Part shown: positions 14,381 through 28,576 of the stretch, piece by piece
Layout: each line of letters starts with the position of its first letter
Position numbering within the stretch: position 1 is the stretch's first letter
From: Eledone cirrhosa
Taxonomy: Eukaryota
NCBI GenBank assembly: GCA_964016885.1
Contig: OZ024753.1
Coordinates: forward strand, 15,128,001 to 15,192,000
Direction: 5' to 3'
DNA length: 64,000 nt
Notes under the pieces: model-generated
What the model was told of the DNA's origin: nothing
The model's database searches: none
The model's input: only the letters and a program-made list of their open reading frames with translations
Position numbers and translations under genes: made by a program

Positions 14381-14527
14381 TTGTGGGTGAGTGTTCTAAC
14401 GTCAGGGGGGGAAATGTATGTATTGTGGCAATTTCAAAATGAAAACACAAATATTATTGCTTGATGGTGTTTGTTTTTGAATGCGCATAATAAAATATAT
14501 GGAACTCCTTTAACCATCTTTTGATCT

Positions 14528-14529
<2 letters not shown>

Positions 14530-14568
<39 letters not shown>

Positions 14569-15417
14569 TATACATATATATACATATGTATATATACATA
14601 TATATACATATATATACATATGTATATATACATATATATACATATATATACATATGTTATATATACATATATATGTATATATATATATATATGTATATAT
14701 ATATACATATATATATATATACATATATATGTGTATATATATATACATATATATATATACATATATATGTGTATATATATATACATGTATATATATATAC
14801 ATATATATATATACATATATATGTGTATATATATATACATATATATATATACATATATATGTATATATATGTATGTATATATATATATATATATACATAT
14901 ATATATACATATATATATACATATATATACATATATATATACACATATATATACATATATATATACACATATATATACACATATATATACATATATATAT
15001 ACACATATATATACATATATATATACACATATATATACATATATATATACATATATATATACACATATATATACATATATATATACATATATATACATAT
15101 ATATACATATATATATACATATATATACACATATATATACATATATATATACATATATATACATATATATATATATACATATATATACATATATATATAT
15201 ATATACATATGTATACATATATATATATACATATATATACATATATATATATACATATATATACATATATATATACATATATATACATATATATACATAT
15301 ATATATATACATATACATACATATACATATACATATATGTACATTATATATATACATATATATATATATACATATACATACATATATATATATACATATA
15401 CATATATATACATATAC

Positions 15418-15449
<32 letters not shown>

Positions 15450-15640
15450 ATACATATATACACACATATATATATATATATATATACAAATACATACATA
15501 TATACACACATATACATATATATACATACATATACATATATATATACATACATATATATACATATATATATATATATATTTACACACATATATATATATA
15601 TGTGTGTGTTATAAACATAACAGACACCATCTGACACATA

Positions 15641-15673
<33 letters not shown>

Positions 15674-16274
15674 ACATATATATATATACAAAACATATAT
15701 ATACATACATATATATACATATATATATATGCGTGTGCGTGTTATTATATACTGTACACTTTGTTAGTATTGAGTACTACATAACCACAACGGTTATCTT
15801 ACAACTTGTTATACACACATACAGACACACACGCATATACGCTAAGTTATATATTACTTAATATGTAAATATAATATATATATACATATATATATATAAA
15901 ATTATTATTAATATATATATGTATATATATTATTTTATATATATATATATTATTTTATATATATATAGATATATTATGTGTGCATGTATGTATATATATA
16001 TACATACTACTGTACGTCTGTATACATATATGTATGTACGTATACATACTTATATATATATTATTTTATATATATATATTTATAATATATATATGTATAA
16101 TATATATTTTATATATATATATATTTTATATATATATAAAATATATATATATATATATATAAAATATATATATATATATATATAAAATATATATATATAT
16201 ATATATAAAATATATATATATATATATATAAAATATATATATATATATATATAAAATATATATATATATATAAA

Positions 16275-16306
<32 letters not shown>

Positions 16307-16592
16307 TATATATATATATATAAAATAATATATATATATATATAAAATAATATATATATATATATATAAAATAATATATATATATATATATAAAATAATA
16401 TATATATATATATATAAAATAATATATATATATATATATAAAATAATATATATATATATATATAAAATAATATATATATATAAGTATGTATACGTACATA
16501 CATATATGTATACAGACGTACAGTAGTATGTATATATATATATATATATAAAATAATATATATATATATATATATATTTCATATATATATAA

Positions 16593-16628
<36 letters not shown>

Positions 16629-16822
16629 ATATATATATATATAGTTTTATATATATATATATAAAACTATATATATATATATAAAACTATATATATATAT
16701 ATAACTATATATATATATAAAAGTATATATATATATATATAAAAGTATATATATATATATCTATATATATAAAAGTATATATATATATATATATAAAAGT
16801 ATATATATATATATATATAAAA

Positions 16823-16861
<39 letters not shown>

Positions 16862-16895
16862 TATATATATATATATACAAAAGTATATATATATA
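14530..16895. repeat. Long (TA)n/(TACA)n compound microsatellite region
   Basis: Directly visible. Confidence 0.95.
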
Positions 16896-17308
16896 CTACT
16901 TTCAATTGTAAACACAATTTAAGAGGCGCACATGTGCCAAAGTTTCCTGCCCAAAGTTCGATTATATAATTATAGAACAATACATATATAGTCGGAATAA
17001 ATAGATTATGGATTAAACAAATATATATATACAGGGTGTGTCATAAAGAGATAAACATACATAAAGGCTGAGTTAATATATAAATATAAGGCTATATACA
17101 GAGTGAGCCATAAGTTAGAGAAACATTTTCAATAATCATGTATGGTGTGTATATTACAAAGTTTAATCTAACTCTTATGCAATAATGGCCAGTCCGTATA
17201 CACAAACTTATCTCTCTCTCCATATAATTTATATATATATCATCATCATCTTCGTTTAACGTCCATCTTTCACGTTAGCATGCGTTAGACGGGAGTTGTC
17301 CCACTTGA

Positions 17309-17352
<44 letters not shown>

Positions 17353-17403
17353 CTCTCTCTCATACTCATTCAGTATATGTAACTGGACGTTACATTCCCT
17401 TGT

Positions 17404-17489
<86 letters not shown>

Positions 17490-17512
17490 GACATTATCTG
17501 TCTCACATTGCT

Positions 17513-17583
<71 letters not shown>

Positions 17584-17612
17584 TTTAATTTTCAAATTTA
17601 TTATTACTATAT

Positions 17613-17645
<33 letters not shown>

Positions 17646-17829
17646 GTAATAATAAATTTGAAAATTAAAATCGGAAGAGGGCTCCATAAGGATAAATATA
17701 TATCAAATATATAAGAACCGTAGAGCAAATATTTATTAAATAACAGATTAAAGTTTAAGCGATACTTTGCTTAAACTTTAATCTGTTAAACTTTAATGTA
17801 TATGTGTGTGTGTGTGTGTGTGTGTTTGA

Positions 17830-18452
17830 AACCGACCGGATCACTGTCCTCTCACCTCCGCCCTCCCAACACCCACATTCCTTTCCCTCTTATCTATCAC
17901 CACATCACCCTACCACTCCGGCGACATATCCCCCGTTTTTTCCGCATCACCTCTTCTGAGCCCGTCCCTTCTCGCTTTTTCCCTAACCTACCTATCACCG
18001 CATTTAAGCGCACCCGTAAACCCGGAGACTTCCAGGAACGCAGTTCCTTCTCGTCCTCTCCCACGACTCAACCCGGCTCGCGTCCCCGCTTTAACACTTG
18101 TCCTTTCATTTCCACCCTCACCACTCTGACAGGCCTTAACGGGTCATTCCGTATCCGCCACTTCTTCATCTGCACATCCACCCACGTTGTCTATATGCCC
18201 TTCGGTGTTCTTTTTTGCGGGTCTTTATACATCGGACAAACGGGGGGGGGGGGGGGGATTGCCGAACCGTTTTGCTGCACATTTGTGGGACGACTCGATT
18301 TAGAGACTCCCGTCGCCCGTCATTTACGTTCTCCTGGTCACTCTTCCGTTCTCCTGGTCACTCTTCCCGACATGTCTCAGGCCTCACGCACCAGGACTGA
18401 ACAGAGCCTGGGTCCTGTTTCCCTCGTGGACTCCCCACCCCAATTTCTTTAA
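17830..18452 (+). mobile_element. Degenerate Penelope-like element, GIY-YIG endonuclease region
   Basis: IPFPLIYH...P(ITA)FKR...C...FICTSTHVVY...CGSLYIGQTG...PVARHLRSPGHS matches the linker and GIY-YIG signature (VVY-x-YIGQT, PVAxHF) of Penelope/Neptune-type elements. It is frameshifted and eroded. Confidence 0.8.
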
Positions 18453-18640
18453 TACTCCGTCCATTATCACACACGCGCTTGTACATCCACCCCTAAATTC
18501 CTCTGGCTCTCTTAAGGTCAGAAACTTATACTCTTACAGCTGATACAGACCAACAAAGTATACACACTACTTTTCCCTTCACAACTCTGTACACACACAC
18601 ACACTCCCTTATATTAACATACTTTTGCTTCGTACTTACA

Positions 18641-18676
<36 letters not shown>

Positions 18677-19107
18677 CTTTAACTTACATATAGACACACA
18701 TATTCTCTTAACTTCGTTCGGACGTATAAGAACACACACACGCGTTCTCGCGCATTCGCACGCGACACACGGAGCTTTTTTTCCCATTTCAGGTAGACGC
18801 GCTCCGTCATCCACTTTTCTAAAAAAAGTATATAATTCACAAAACGCCAGCATAAAACCCTCTTCCTTCTATTATACATATATGTGTGTGAGTGTACACA
18901 CACACACACACACACAAAGACACACACACACACACATATATATATATAAACAGAGAGAGAGAGAGATGATAAAGTTTGTCCCTATGTGACATAAACACAT
19001 ATATGACATAAAAAATGCAACAACAACAACAACAACCATAACAGTAAGTACCTGTTTTTTTGTTGTAGTTGTTGATGTAGTAGTTATATGAAGTTTTTGA
19101 CACTTAC

Positions 19108-19542
19108 CTTGCCATATACATCTGCCATAGTGAGTTCGGTTTCCAGCACCATAACGGCTATCCCGAACATGCCAAAAACCAGACAGTAGTCGGATATGCG
19201 CTTGCGACGTTCATATAGCGCTTTCCTCTTGCCCAACCTGTAACCAACGTTGGGTTTCTGTCGTTCCTTGGCTGGTTTATCGTCCACAAAGCGAGGATAA
19301 TCGCTGCCACCTCCACCGCCAACCAGTGCCACGCCAACATCTTCCGAGGTGTAACTCATTTTAGACGATGTTGGCAGTGACTGCATAGAGTTGGGCTTCT
19401 GAAGTTGTTTAAACGAGCCGATAGCGCCATTGACTCGCATGTAATCGGCGCCTATATCTGATAGGAAATCCTTGGCTTTCTGCTTGCACTCTTCACGATC
19501 ACGTTGTTGTTGTTGTTGTTGTTGAAGCTGTTGTTGTGGCGT

Positions 19543-19573
<31 letters not shown>

Positions 19574-21166
19574 GGTGGTGGTTGTGGTGCTTGTTGTGGT
19601 TGTGGTGGTTGTTGTTGTTGTTGTTGTGTTTGATGCTGTTGTGCAAGTTGTGACGGACGATGCTGCTGTTGTGTTTGTGTTTGTTGTTGTTGTGGCTGTT
19701 GGTGCGTTTGTTGTTGTTGTTGTTGTTGTTGTTTTGTTAGTTGTATTTGTTGTTGTTGATGATGATAGTGGTGATGGAGGTGTGTTTGTTGTTGTTGGTG
19801 TTGTTGGTGGTGAGGTGGCGGCGGTGGTGCTACACCTCCTCCCGCGCCGCCGCCGCCGCTGTTTACACCTCCTACCGAGCCGCCGCTAACACCACCACCA
19901 CCATCACCACCACCACTGCCGTTACTGTCTCCACTTCCAACGCCGCCACCGCCGCCGCGGCTGCTGCCAACACTGTTCAGTTCACTACCAACACCGCCAC
20001 CGCCATCATCATCGTCACCTCCACCACCACCCCCTCCTACTGCTACTCCACCGCCAACACTTTTCCTCCTTCCTCTCCCGTCGCCGTCGTCGCCGCCACT
20101 ACCACCGCCGCCACCATTACCGTCATCACTACGGCCGCCTCCTCCACTCACACTTTCCACATCTTCTTCCTCTTCTTCATCCTCTTCCTGCACCTCTTCC
20201 AGTACATCTACATCCTCTCCCTCCCCGTCCACCACCACCTCCTCCTCCTCCTCCTCCGCCTCCTCCTCCCCCGACAGCGGAGGACGAGGCGGCGGTGGCG
20301 GCGGTGGCGGGGTCCTGTCCGCCTGGAGCCTGGCGTGGTGCAGTGGTGGGGGCAGAGGAGGGCGGTGGCGACCCATGTCCGGGTTGAAGGAAGGGGGGAT
20401 GATGCGCGACGTGACCGGCGGCGCCGCCGGAGGAGGAGGCGGAGGAGGAGGAGAGGTCAACGGGGTTAGGTGGGGAACGGGAGAGGGGGACGCCGAAGAG
20501 CTGGCGGTGGTGGCGGCGGCGGTGTTCGTGGGAGAGCGGCCGCGGGCGTAGCAGGAAGGGGAGGACGTAGCGAAAGGGAGGGGAGGAGTATCTGAAGAAG
20601 ACGGAGGGGGAGAAAAGAGGGAGGAACGGCGGCGAGTAGCAGAGAAGTCGGGGAAGGTCTTCTTAGAATAAGAGGAGGTTAAGTAGAGGGGTGAGTAATG
20701 GCATGAGGGGGAAGTGGTAGACGATACAGCTAAGGGGATGGAGGAGGAGGAGAGCAATGGGAAGGAGGAGTAAGGGGAGCAGAAGGAGTATGGAGAAGTG
20801 GAGGTGGTAGTGGTGGAAGTGGTGGTGGTAATGGTAGGAGTAGGTCTGAGGCTTGTGACAGGGGGGGTAACTATACTACGGGAAGGGGGTGCGACAACCG
20901 CTCTTGACGCTGTATACAATAATGATGATGAGGATAACGATGATGATGGTGGTGATGATGATGATGACGATGATGATGTTGTTGTTGAAGTTGTTGTTGT
21001 TGTTGATGATAATGACGATGATGATGATGTTACTGATGATGGCAAAGCGACAGAAGGTGCAGTGAACGGGGAAGCTTTAGCGGCTGTGAGTCGCGGGCTG
21101 TTGGTGCTGGTGATGGTGGTGATGCTGTTGTTGTTGGTGCTACTGGGGTTGGTGAAGGGGATCAGG

Positions 21167-21198
<32 letters not shown>

Positions 21199-22896
21199 GT
21201 TGTTAGTGGTGGAAGTGGGGAGGACTGTTGTGTAATGCAGCTGAAGTTTATTACTAGCCGGGTTAGCACAAGTCGCACGCTTTTGAAGCACGCCGCCGCT
21301 TGTCGTCGCAGCGTTCAGTGACTGGCTGAGGGCGGCGGCGCCTGATGTGGTGCTGGGTGTGGGGATGTTAGTACTACTGCTGGTGAGGTGGGGGAGAAAC
21401 TTGTTGGTAACACCACTACTGCTGCTACTATTAGCACTGATAGCAGTAGTAGTGGTGGTGGTGGTGGTAGTAGTAGTAGTAGTAGAAATGCTAACACTAG
21501 TAGCTGTGGTGTTGGTCGTGGCAGTTGTGTTGTAGTTAAGAGTTGATTGACAAGTGCGTGGTAGACTATTAATACAAGATGTGCCGGGACCAAAACTAAG
21601 GGCCGAGAAGCTGCTATGTTTAATAGGGAGAGGTTGTACAGGTGCAAAGCCGCTTGGACCAACTTTACCACCTGGTTTACTTGCTGTCCCGAAACATAGC
21701 TTTGTATCACAGGAACTAGCTGTGAAAGATGTAGTGTTATTGATGTTACTTTTACTGCAGCTGCTGTTGTTGTTGTTATAGCTGAGAGTTTTGTTGTTAT
21801 TGTTGCTGTTGTTATTTCCGAGGAGGTTAGCTTTGAAGCCCAAAGCAGTAGGGGGCCGCTCCTGGTCATTGGTGGAGACAGGCAAGCGACTTGTAAAAGG
21901 CGAGCTGAAAGTTCTGGCAGTCGAAGTAGTTACAGTATTTGGAGATGATGTCAAAGGGCTGATGCAGGTGCGCTTAGTGAGGGGCAGGGCTGTGTAGGGA
22001 CTTGAGAAATGATGTTGGAAGGAAAACTGTTGTCGCGCAGATGCTGCTTTCTGAGGCTGTGGTAGTTGGTGTTGTTGTTGTTGTTGTTGTTGTTGTAGTA
22101 GGGGCTGTTGTTGTTGTTGTAGGGGTTGTTGTTGTGTCGGTTGGGTAAACTGTGTGGGAAAATGTCGCGAATACTGGAAAGGTGCAGGAGGGTTGAAACG
22201 TAAAGGGGTCGGCGCGGGACTCCGGATGCGGCTGATGAGAGGCGGAGGTGGAGGTGGGACAGGTTTTAGGGGGAGTGTTGAAACAGTGGCCCCGGTGGCA
22301 ACGGGTGAAGTGCCGCGTAACAACGGTGAATTAGTAAGATTTGTGCCAGCAGCGACCACTCCCGGTGACCTAGCTCTCGGAGTACTTGTAGCTACCGTAG
22401 TACACGAAGAAGTAACATATGTTGTTACTACAGAACTGACGCTGGGCGTGATACTACTACTACTACTACTACTATTACCACTACTATTACTACCGCCACC
22501 GCTACTACTACTATTACTACCACTACTACTGCTAGTAAATTGTGGTTGCTGACGCTGCTGCTGTAGATGTTTGTGTTGGTGTGGTTGTTTGTGTTGATGT
22601 TGAGAATGCTGTAAGAAAGGACTACTTGCTCGACTTCCAATAGAGTAACTTTGTAGTTCTATGTCCGGCGACGTGTAAGCCCTGTTGATGCGACCGTCAC
22701 TGGCCGACGGAACAATAGACAACTGCTTACATCCAGCACGTCTGCCGCTTCTTTCCATCTCATCTTTCCCGGTCTTATCCACAACAGAAGCTGTAAACTC
22801 ATCCTTCGAAATGCCAGCGAGTTCGTTTGACGGAGTTTCACGAAGCAGCTGTTCTTTCGAATCGATTCTTGAATTCTCATTGGCTGGTTCTACCAT
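19108..22896 (-). CDS. SK: First coding exon of a small-conductance calcium-activated potassium channel (SK/KCNN family): long low-complexity N-terminus plus S1 helix; the rest of the gene is not found in the window
   Basis: The ORF end reads [18 protein letters not shown]...SDYPRF...[50 protein letters not shown], matching the invertebrate SK pre-S1/S1 region. It is followed by a canonical donor AAG|GTAAGT at 19108/19107 (phase 0). First ATG at 22896 (GTAATGG context), with an in-frame TGA upstream at 22920-22918. The start could instead come from an upstream exon. Confidence 0.93.
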
Positions 22897-23539
22897 TACG
22901 ACTGACACAGCAGATTGTCACACCAGTGCGCGCGCGCGCCTACACACACACACCCATGCATGCGTGCATACATAAGCAGACACATAAACACGCACACACA
23001 CACAGACACGCGCACTGCTGACACACGCAACTCACACTTACAGTACGAAGCGCAAGAACACGCTTACACACACACACGCCTTCACACACACACGCCTTCA
23101 CGCACTCGCTCAACCCACACTCACTCACTCACTATCCCTCTGTAGATAAAATGCTTGTGTGTGTGTTAACGTGTTAGTGTGTATATGAGCGTGTATATAT
23201 GTGTGTCTGTGTTACGTTGTTAGCGTGTATATGTGTGTGTGTGTGTGTGTGTTAAAGTGTGTGTAAGAGCGTGTATATGTGTGTGTCTGTGTATAAGAGC
23301 GTGTATATGTGTGTGTGTGTTAACGTGTTAGTGTGTATAAGAGCGTGTATAACTGTGTGTCTGTGTGTTCACTTATGTATTACATTGTGTGTATGTGTGT
23401 GTATTTGTATGTACGTATGTACACGATTTGTATGACTATATATGTATTTGTATATATCTGTGTGTGTGTGTGTGTGTGTATATATTTGTATATGTCTATG
23501 TATGTATGAGTATATGTATGTGTATATATATATATGTAT

Positions 23540-23571
<32 letters not shown>

Positions 23572-25385
23572 TTGTATGTGTATATATATATATGTTTGTA
23601 TGTGTATATGTGTGTGTATATATTTATATATTTGTATATGTATATGTGTATATATATATATATATATGGATACGTATATATATATATATATATTTGTATA
23701 TGTTTATGTATGCATGTGTGTGTATATATATATGTATATGTATGTGTGTGTGTATGTATATATGTCTATGCGTTTGCGTGTGTGTGATTAGTTGACCTAT
23801 ATGGTATAAGTCGCAGTAAGAAACGTCTGTCCAATGAACTTATCTGCGTGTTTGATGTGTTTGATCAACTTGTGTCATCGGAATGTTCGTAAAACTCCTG
23901 TAATCTCGGGTGTTTTTTTGTTTGTTTGTTTGTTTTGGTTCTTTTTTTCTCGCTTACAATACGGGTGGGGGTAGGGGATAATTGAAAACTAAATAAAATA
24001 GCAAAAAATATTAAAACAAAAATAATTAAATTAGACTTAACACGTGACCAGCATGGCTTTAACGTATTTGTTAAAACTTGGGGACAAATAATAAATAGAT
24101 ATTTCTATAAAATACGTCAATAAATGAAGATATTAAATGAAAATAAATAAATTGATGATGATAATAATAAAAATAAATAAATAAATAAATAACCCCCCAA
24201 GAGAAAATAATTCTGAGTAAAAGAAATTAATTAAGGAAACTAAATTATCACGAAATATTTTAAAGATTTGAATTTAGATAAAATAAAAATAAAATAAGGA
24301 CTAAAATAAAATAAAATTGTTTGACGTCTGTTTCTTTTTATGAGGTCATAATTGTTGCCTTGTTGACCAGATATTTATAAATGGCGGTAACTGTCGGCTG
24401 CTTTTATTGGATGACAGATGTCAGTCCGTCCTCCTGTAGTAATTCAGGAATTATTGCGTGTATTTGCGTAACAGATGGTAACCTCTGTTGAGGAAGCCTT
24501 TCACTTTTGTACTTTTCCATTTTTTCCTCTACTTCTTCCTACGTCCGTCCTTCCTCCTCGGATTCTTCACCACAAAGCCTTATATTTATTTCCTTGTTTT
24601 CTCCTTTGGTAATTTCGTGTTCTCTTTTCTCTTCTCTCTCTCACTATTTGCCTGTGTGCGTCTCACTATATATGTGTGTGCGTGTGTCTGTCTAACTGAC
24701 CACTCTGTTTGATGATTCTCCCTTCTTCTATCTTCTCCTTTCTTTCTTTCTCTCCAAACTGATAGATTAATAGATATATATATAGAGAGAGAGGGAGTTA
24801 GATAGACAGACAGATAGAGGTCGACACTCGATGCAAGGAAGGTTTAATTATTATCCAGGTTTCTTCCTTGGTTGTCGTGTCAACAGTTTCATCTCCACAG
24901 CTGGATTTCAATAATCTACAAAAGACAAAACGTACAAATAATAAACTCACAGAAACATGGAGGATATGGGTGTTTTTGGTTAACCCTTTCAGAACCATAT
25001 TTCTTACGTAAGATACTGGACGTGGTTTTCAAATAGTATTCAAAATAATCAGGAATTTAGAGGAATTTATTAAAATCACAAATTTTTTTCATTATTAAGA
25101 TGATAGATGATGTTTGGAACATAACTTAAAGGTTCTTACATAGAATTGTGATTGATTTTTCTAAAGATAATATAACCACTTTAAAACAAGTGTATCATAG
25201 TCTAATAGAAACAGAAGCGGTTCCAGGTAGGTTGATAAAAGAAACATTAAACTTGCCAAAAAGTAAGAAAAAGTCAGTGAAAAATCGCGAGAAGTAACTC
25301 AAATAAGAATAGTTGATATAATTACATAGGGGCGGGTGTAGCAGGAATGGCTTTTAGATAATTCTTAAAAAACGTAGATAAATAT

Positions 25386-25572
25386 AATTGTTTCTACTTT
25401 AGGCACAAAGCCAGCAATTATTCCAGTGTATTACTGGTACTTTATTTTATCGACCCCCGTAAGGATGAAAGGCAAAGTTAACCTCGGCGGGATTTGAACT
25501 CAGACCATAAATGGCCGTAACTCTATGCTGAAAAGCATGGCGTCCGACCCTCTACCGATACTGCCAATCCAC
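25386..25572 (-). mobile_element. tRNA-derived SINE
   Basis: Same family as 30342. Confidence 0.85.
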
Positions 25573-25934
25573 AATGCATGGTCCCGTAACTGATGAGGGA
25601 GTGGTAAGGGCATCGTATTGAAATATGACGTTTCTAGGGCATTTTTAAGTCTGGCGCAACCCTCTCTGAGAACAGCAGATTTCTTCTAGAGAGGTCAATT
25701 GTTGAATGATTTAATACTTTCATATTATTGAACATAAGTGATGAATAAGTTGAAGAATGTGTATTCGTTTTATATATAGATAATAAACACAACCACAAGG
25801 CTATGGTCCGTGGAAGAGCCGAACTCCCACTGTCATCGCCTCCATCTCTCTCGCCCTCCCCATCTCTCTGTGTGGTGAGCAAATGAGGTGCCAGAGTAAA
25901 AGAATGGAAGTGAGAAAGAGATATAGAGGAAGAA

Positions 25935-26078
25935 TCGACCCCAGTACTAGACTGGTATTTATTTATCGACCGCGAAAGGATGAAAGGCAAAGTTGACCTC
26001 AACGGGATTTGAACTCAGAAATTAGAGAGTCGAAACACATACTGCAAAGCACTATCCGACATTCTGCCAATTCGCCGC
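25935..26078 (-). mobile_element. Related older SINE
   Basis: Shares the central GCCTTTCATCCTTTCG.GGTCGATAAA domain and B box; different head. Confidence 0.65.
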
Positions 26079-26679
26079 CTAAAATAAACATGTATTTCAT
26101 AAACCTCACTCTCTATTTCTATCTACAGTTCTTGATGGGACTGGGGTTATACTGGTCGGTGGTCCGAGTGGTGCCATCGAGCGTGAAACCGACGAAGTCC
26201 ACCAGGGCCCTCTATCGCTGGCGGTCCTGTGCCAGGCCTTCTGCCTCCACGAATGCAAGGTCGAATCCCAGGAGATTCGATAGAATCCTCAGTTATTTCC
26301 AAATCTGACATAAATATACAAACACACACATATATGCACATTACAAATATACATACGCACATATGCTTACATATATACATACACATACGTACGTACATAC
26401 ATACATACACACATATATATATACAAGATACATACACACAAACATACACACACACGTAGATATAAACATACACACATATTACATACATACACATATATAT
26501 ATATATATATACACACATCCATCCATACATACACACATATATGCATATGTACGCACGTACATACGTACGTACATACAGATACATATATACATACGTACGT
26601 ACGTACATACATACGTACATGATGGCTGCCCCCTCGTTATCGAGTATGGCCATTGCATGATATACCATTAATAATTATT

Positions 26680-26968
26680 ATTAATTAATTCTATTGTGCA
26701 ATGCCTGTGCGTGAAGATATTTTTCAAAGTGAGGAAATACTGTGCACTGAGCCAATCCCACTCTCTGAGCGACAGTAGCTATAACCCCAAAAGAAGAAGA
26801 GATCAACATCATCGGTAACTACTGGGCCGCAGGTTTTATATCGGAGTTATCCCAGTTTCCTGAGTTGCCTTCTCCTAGAAGATGCCCTGACAAAGGCTAT
26901 GGGTCCTTCACTCCCAGTAGTTTAACCACGCGATCGGGTATCCAGCCTGACTATTTCTATGTCCCCGC
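26680..26968. repeat. Unclassified interspersed repeat (copy of 83-358)
   Basis: Colinear with 83-358. Confidence 0.85.
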
Positions 26969-28009
26969 GCATATACATACACATGCACCCATGTATATAC
27001 ACATATACATTTACATACATATGTACATGTGCATATACATATTTACACATTTTTGGATGGCCGTTGACTCTTATGAGTCCTTCCACCCTTTGTCACGTTT
27101 TGTTTTTTGTCCTGCAGGTTGCCCAAAATCACCCTCCTCGCTTGGGTGGGGTCGCCGGTTTAGTCGCCGACGACCAGACCATGCGACAGGTTGTACTGGG
27201 TTACATGTTACATACATATGTATGTATGTATGTATCTATGTACATGTGCATATACAAAAATTAGAATTGGTGCTGGGTTACATGTTACATACATAGATAC
27301 ATACATACATACATATATATGTACATGTGTATATACATATTTACACACTTTGGGATGGCCGTTGACTCTTATGAGTTCTTCTGTCCATACATACATACAT
27401 ACATACATACATACATACATACATACATACATACATACATACATACATACATACATACATTACATACATACATGTGAAAATGTCAGGTCTCTAGTGTGAT
27501 ACGACATTAACCATCCGTAGAGAGATTGGAATATTAATGAAACTGTTCTGAAGTTCAACAGGCTAAGTCTATATTACATAATGTTGAATTTTTAATGGAC
27601 TTCCATAGTAGTTCATTCACATTAGATATATAATTGTTTCTGCTTTTTGGCACAAGGCCAGCAATTATCCCAGTACATTACTGGTAATACACACACACAG
27701 ACATACATATATACATACATCCACCCATCAACATGCATACAGATACATACATGCATACACCCATCAACATGCATACAGATACATACATGCATACATACAA
27801 CCATCAACATGCATACAGATACATACATACACCCATACATGCATACATATACGCATACATATATCCACCCACCCTCATGCATACATACATACATACACCC
27901 ACATACATGCATACATATACATACATGCATTCTTACAGGCATACATAGGCATACAAATGCGTAAATTAATTAACCTATATATAAATATATATATATATAT
28001 ATATTGTAT

Positions 28010-28050
<41 letters not shown>

Positions 28051-28054
<4 letters not shown>

Positions 28055-28235
28055 ATGGCTTCTACGGGACTAGAACCGTTTAATTCGGGAGAAATCATCA
28101 GGAGCTTCCTGATGATTTCTCCCGAATGAAACAGTTCTAGTCCTGTAGAGGCCATTTCTATTTTAAATATTTATACACTGCTATGTATTGAGTACCTTAC
28201 TTACTGTGCCTACCCCCGATTGAACCCGAGATAAA
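28051..28235. mobile_element. Fold-back element, family B (hammerhead-bearing), in (TA)n
   Basis: Arms 28051-28102 and 28108-28160 are inverted; the right arm extends about 75 nt further. Homologous to 28974-29097 (minus strand). Confidence 0.8.
28104..28152 (+). ncRNA. Type I hammerhead ribozyme, intact core
   Basis: gcttc-CTGATGA-tttc(tccc)gaat-GAAA-cag(ttctagtc)ctg-TA-gaggc. Helices I, II and III all pair; predicted GUA cleavage after 28147. Confidence 0.8.
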
Positions 28236-28320
28236 CTTATATATATGTATATATATATTTATTAAAATAACAGATTAAAGTTTAAGCAAAGAATCGCTGC
28301 TTTCACCCTTAACGGGATCT

Positions 28321-28392
<72 letters not shown>

Positions 28393-28396
28393 CAAA

Positions 28397-28534
28397 CAGG
28401 ACCATAACTCACCAGAGTACTCAATACTTGGGGTAGTAGAGTGGATAATATGAAAAGATTCAGGACCCCGACGGCTGAGCTCTGGCCGTTTGGAATGTCG
28501 AAACGGCCGGAGCTCAACCGTCGGGATCCTGAGT

Positions 28535-28538
<4 letters not shown>
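28397..28538. mobile_element. Fold-back element, family A subfamily, in (TA)n
   Basis: ggaccataac...gagtactcaatacttg.ggtagtagagtgg, then inverted arms caggaccccgacggctgagctc / gagctcaaccgtcgggatcctg. Confidence 0.75.

Positions 28539-28571
<33 letters not shown>

Positions 28572-28576
<5 letters not shown>

Noticed and set aside
19084-19107. ORF-track C-terminus VSVKNFI and GTG start at 22908
   Set aside because: The tail is read-through of the GTAAGT donor into the intron; a eukaryotic start is more likely the ATG at 22896.
19536-22552. Plus-strand poly-V/L ORFs
   Set aside because: Antisense shadows of the triplet-rich SK exon.
25590-25640. CTGATGAG...GAAA as a hammerhead
   Set aside because: Helices I-III do not pair convincingly.
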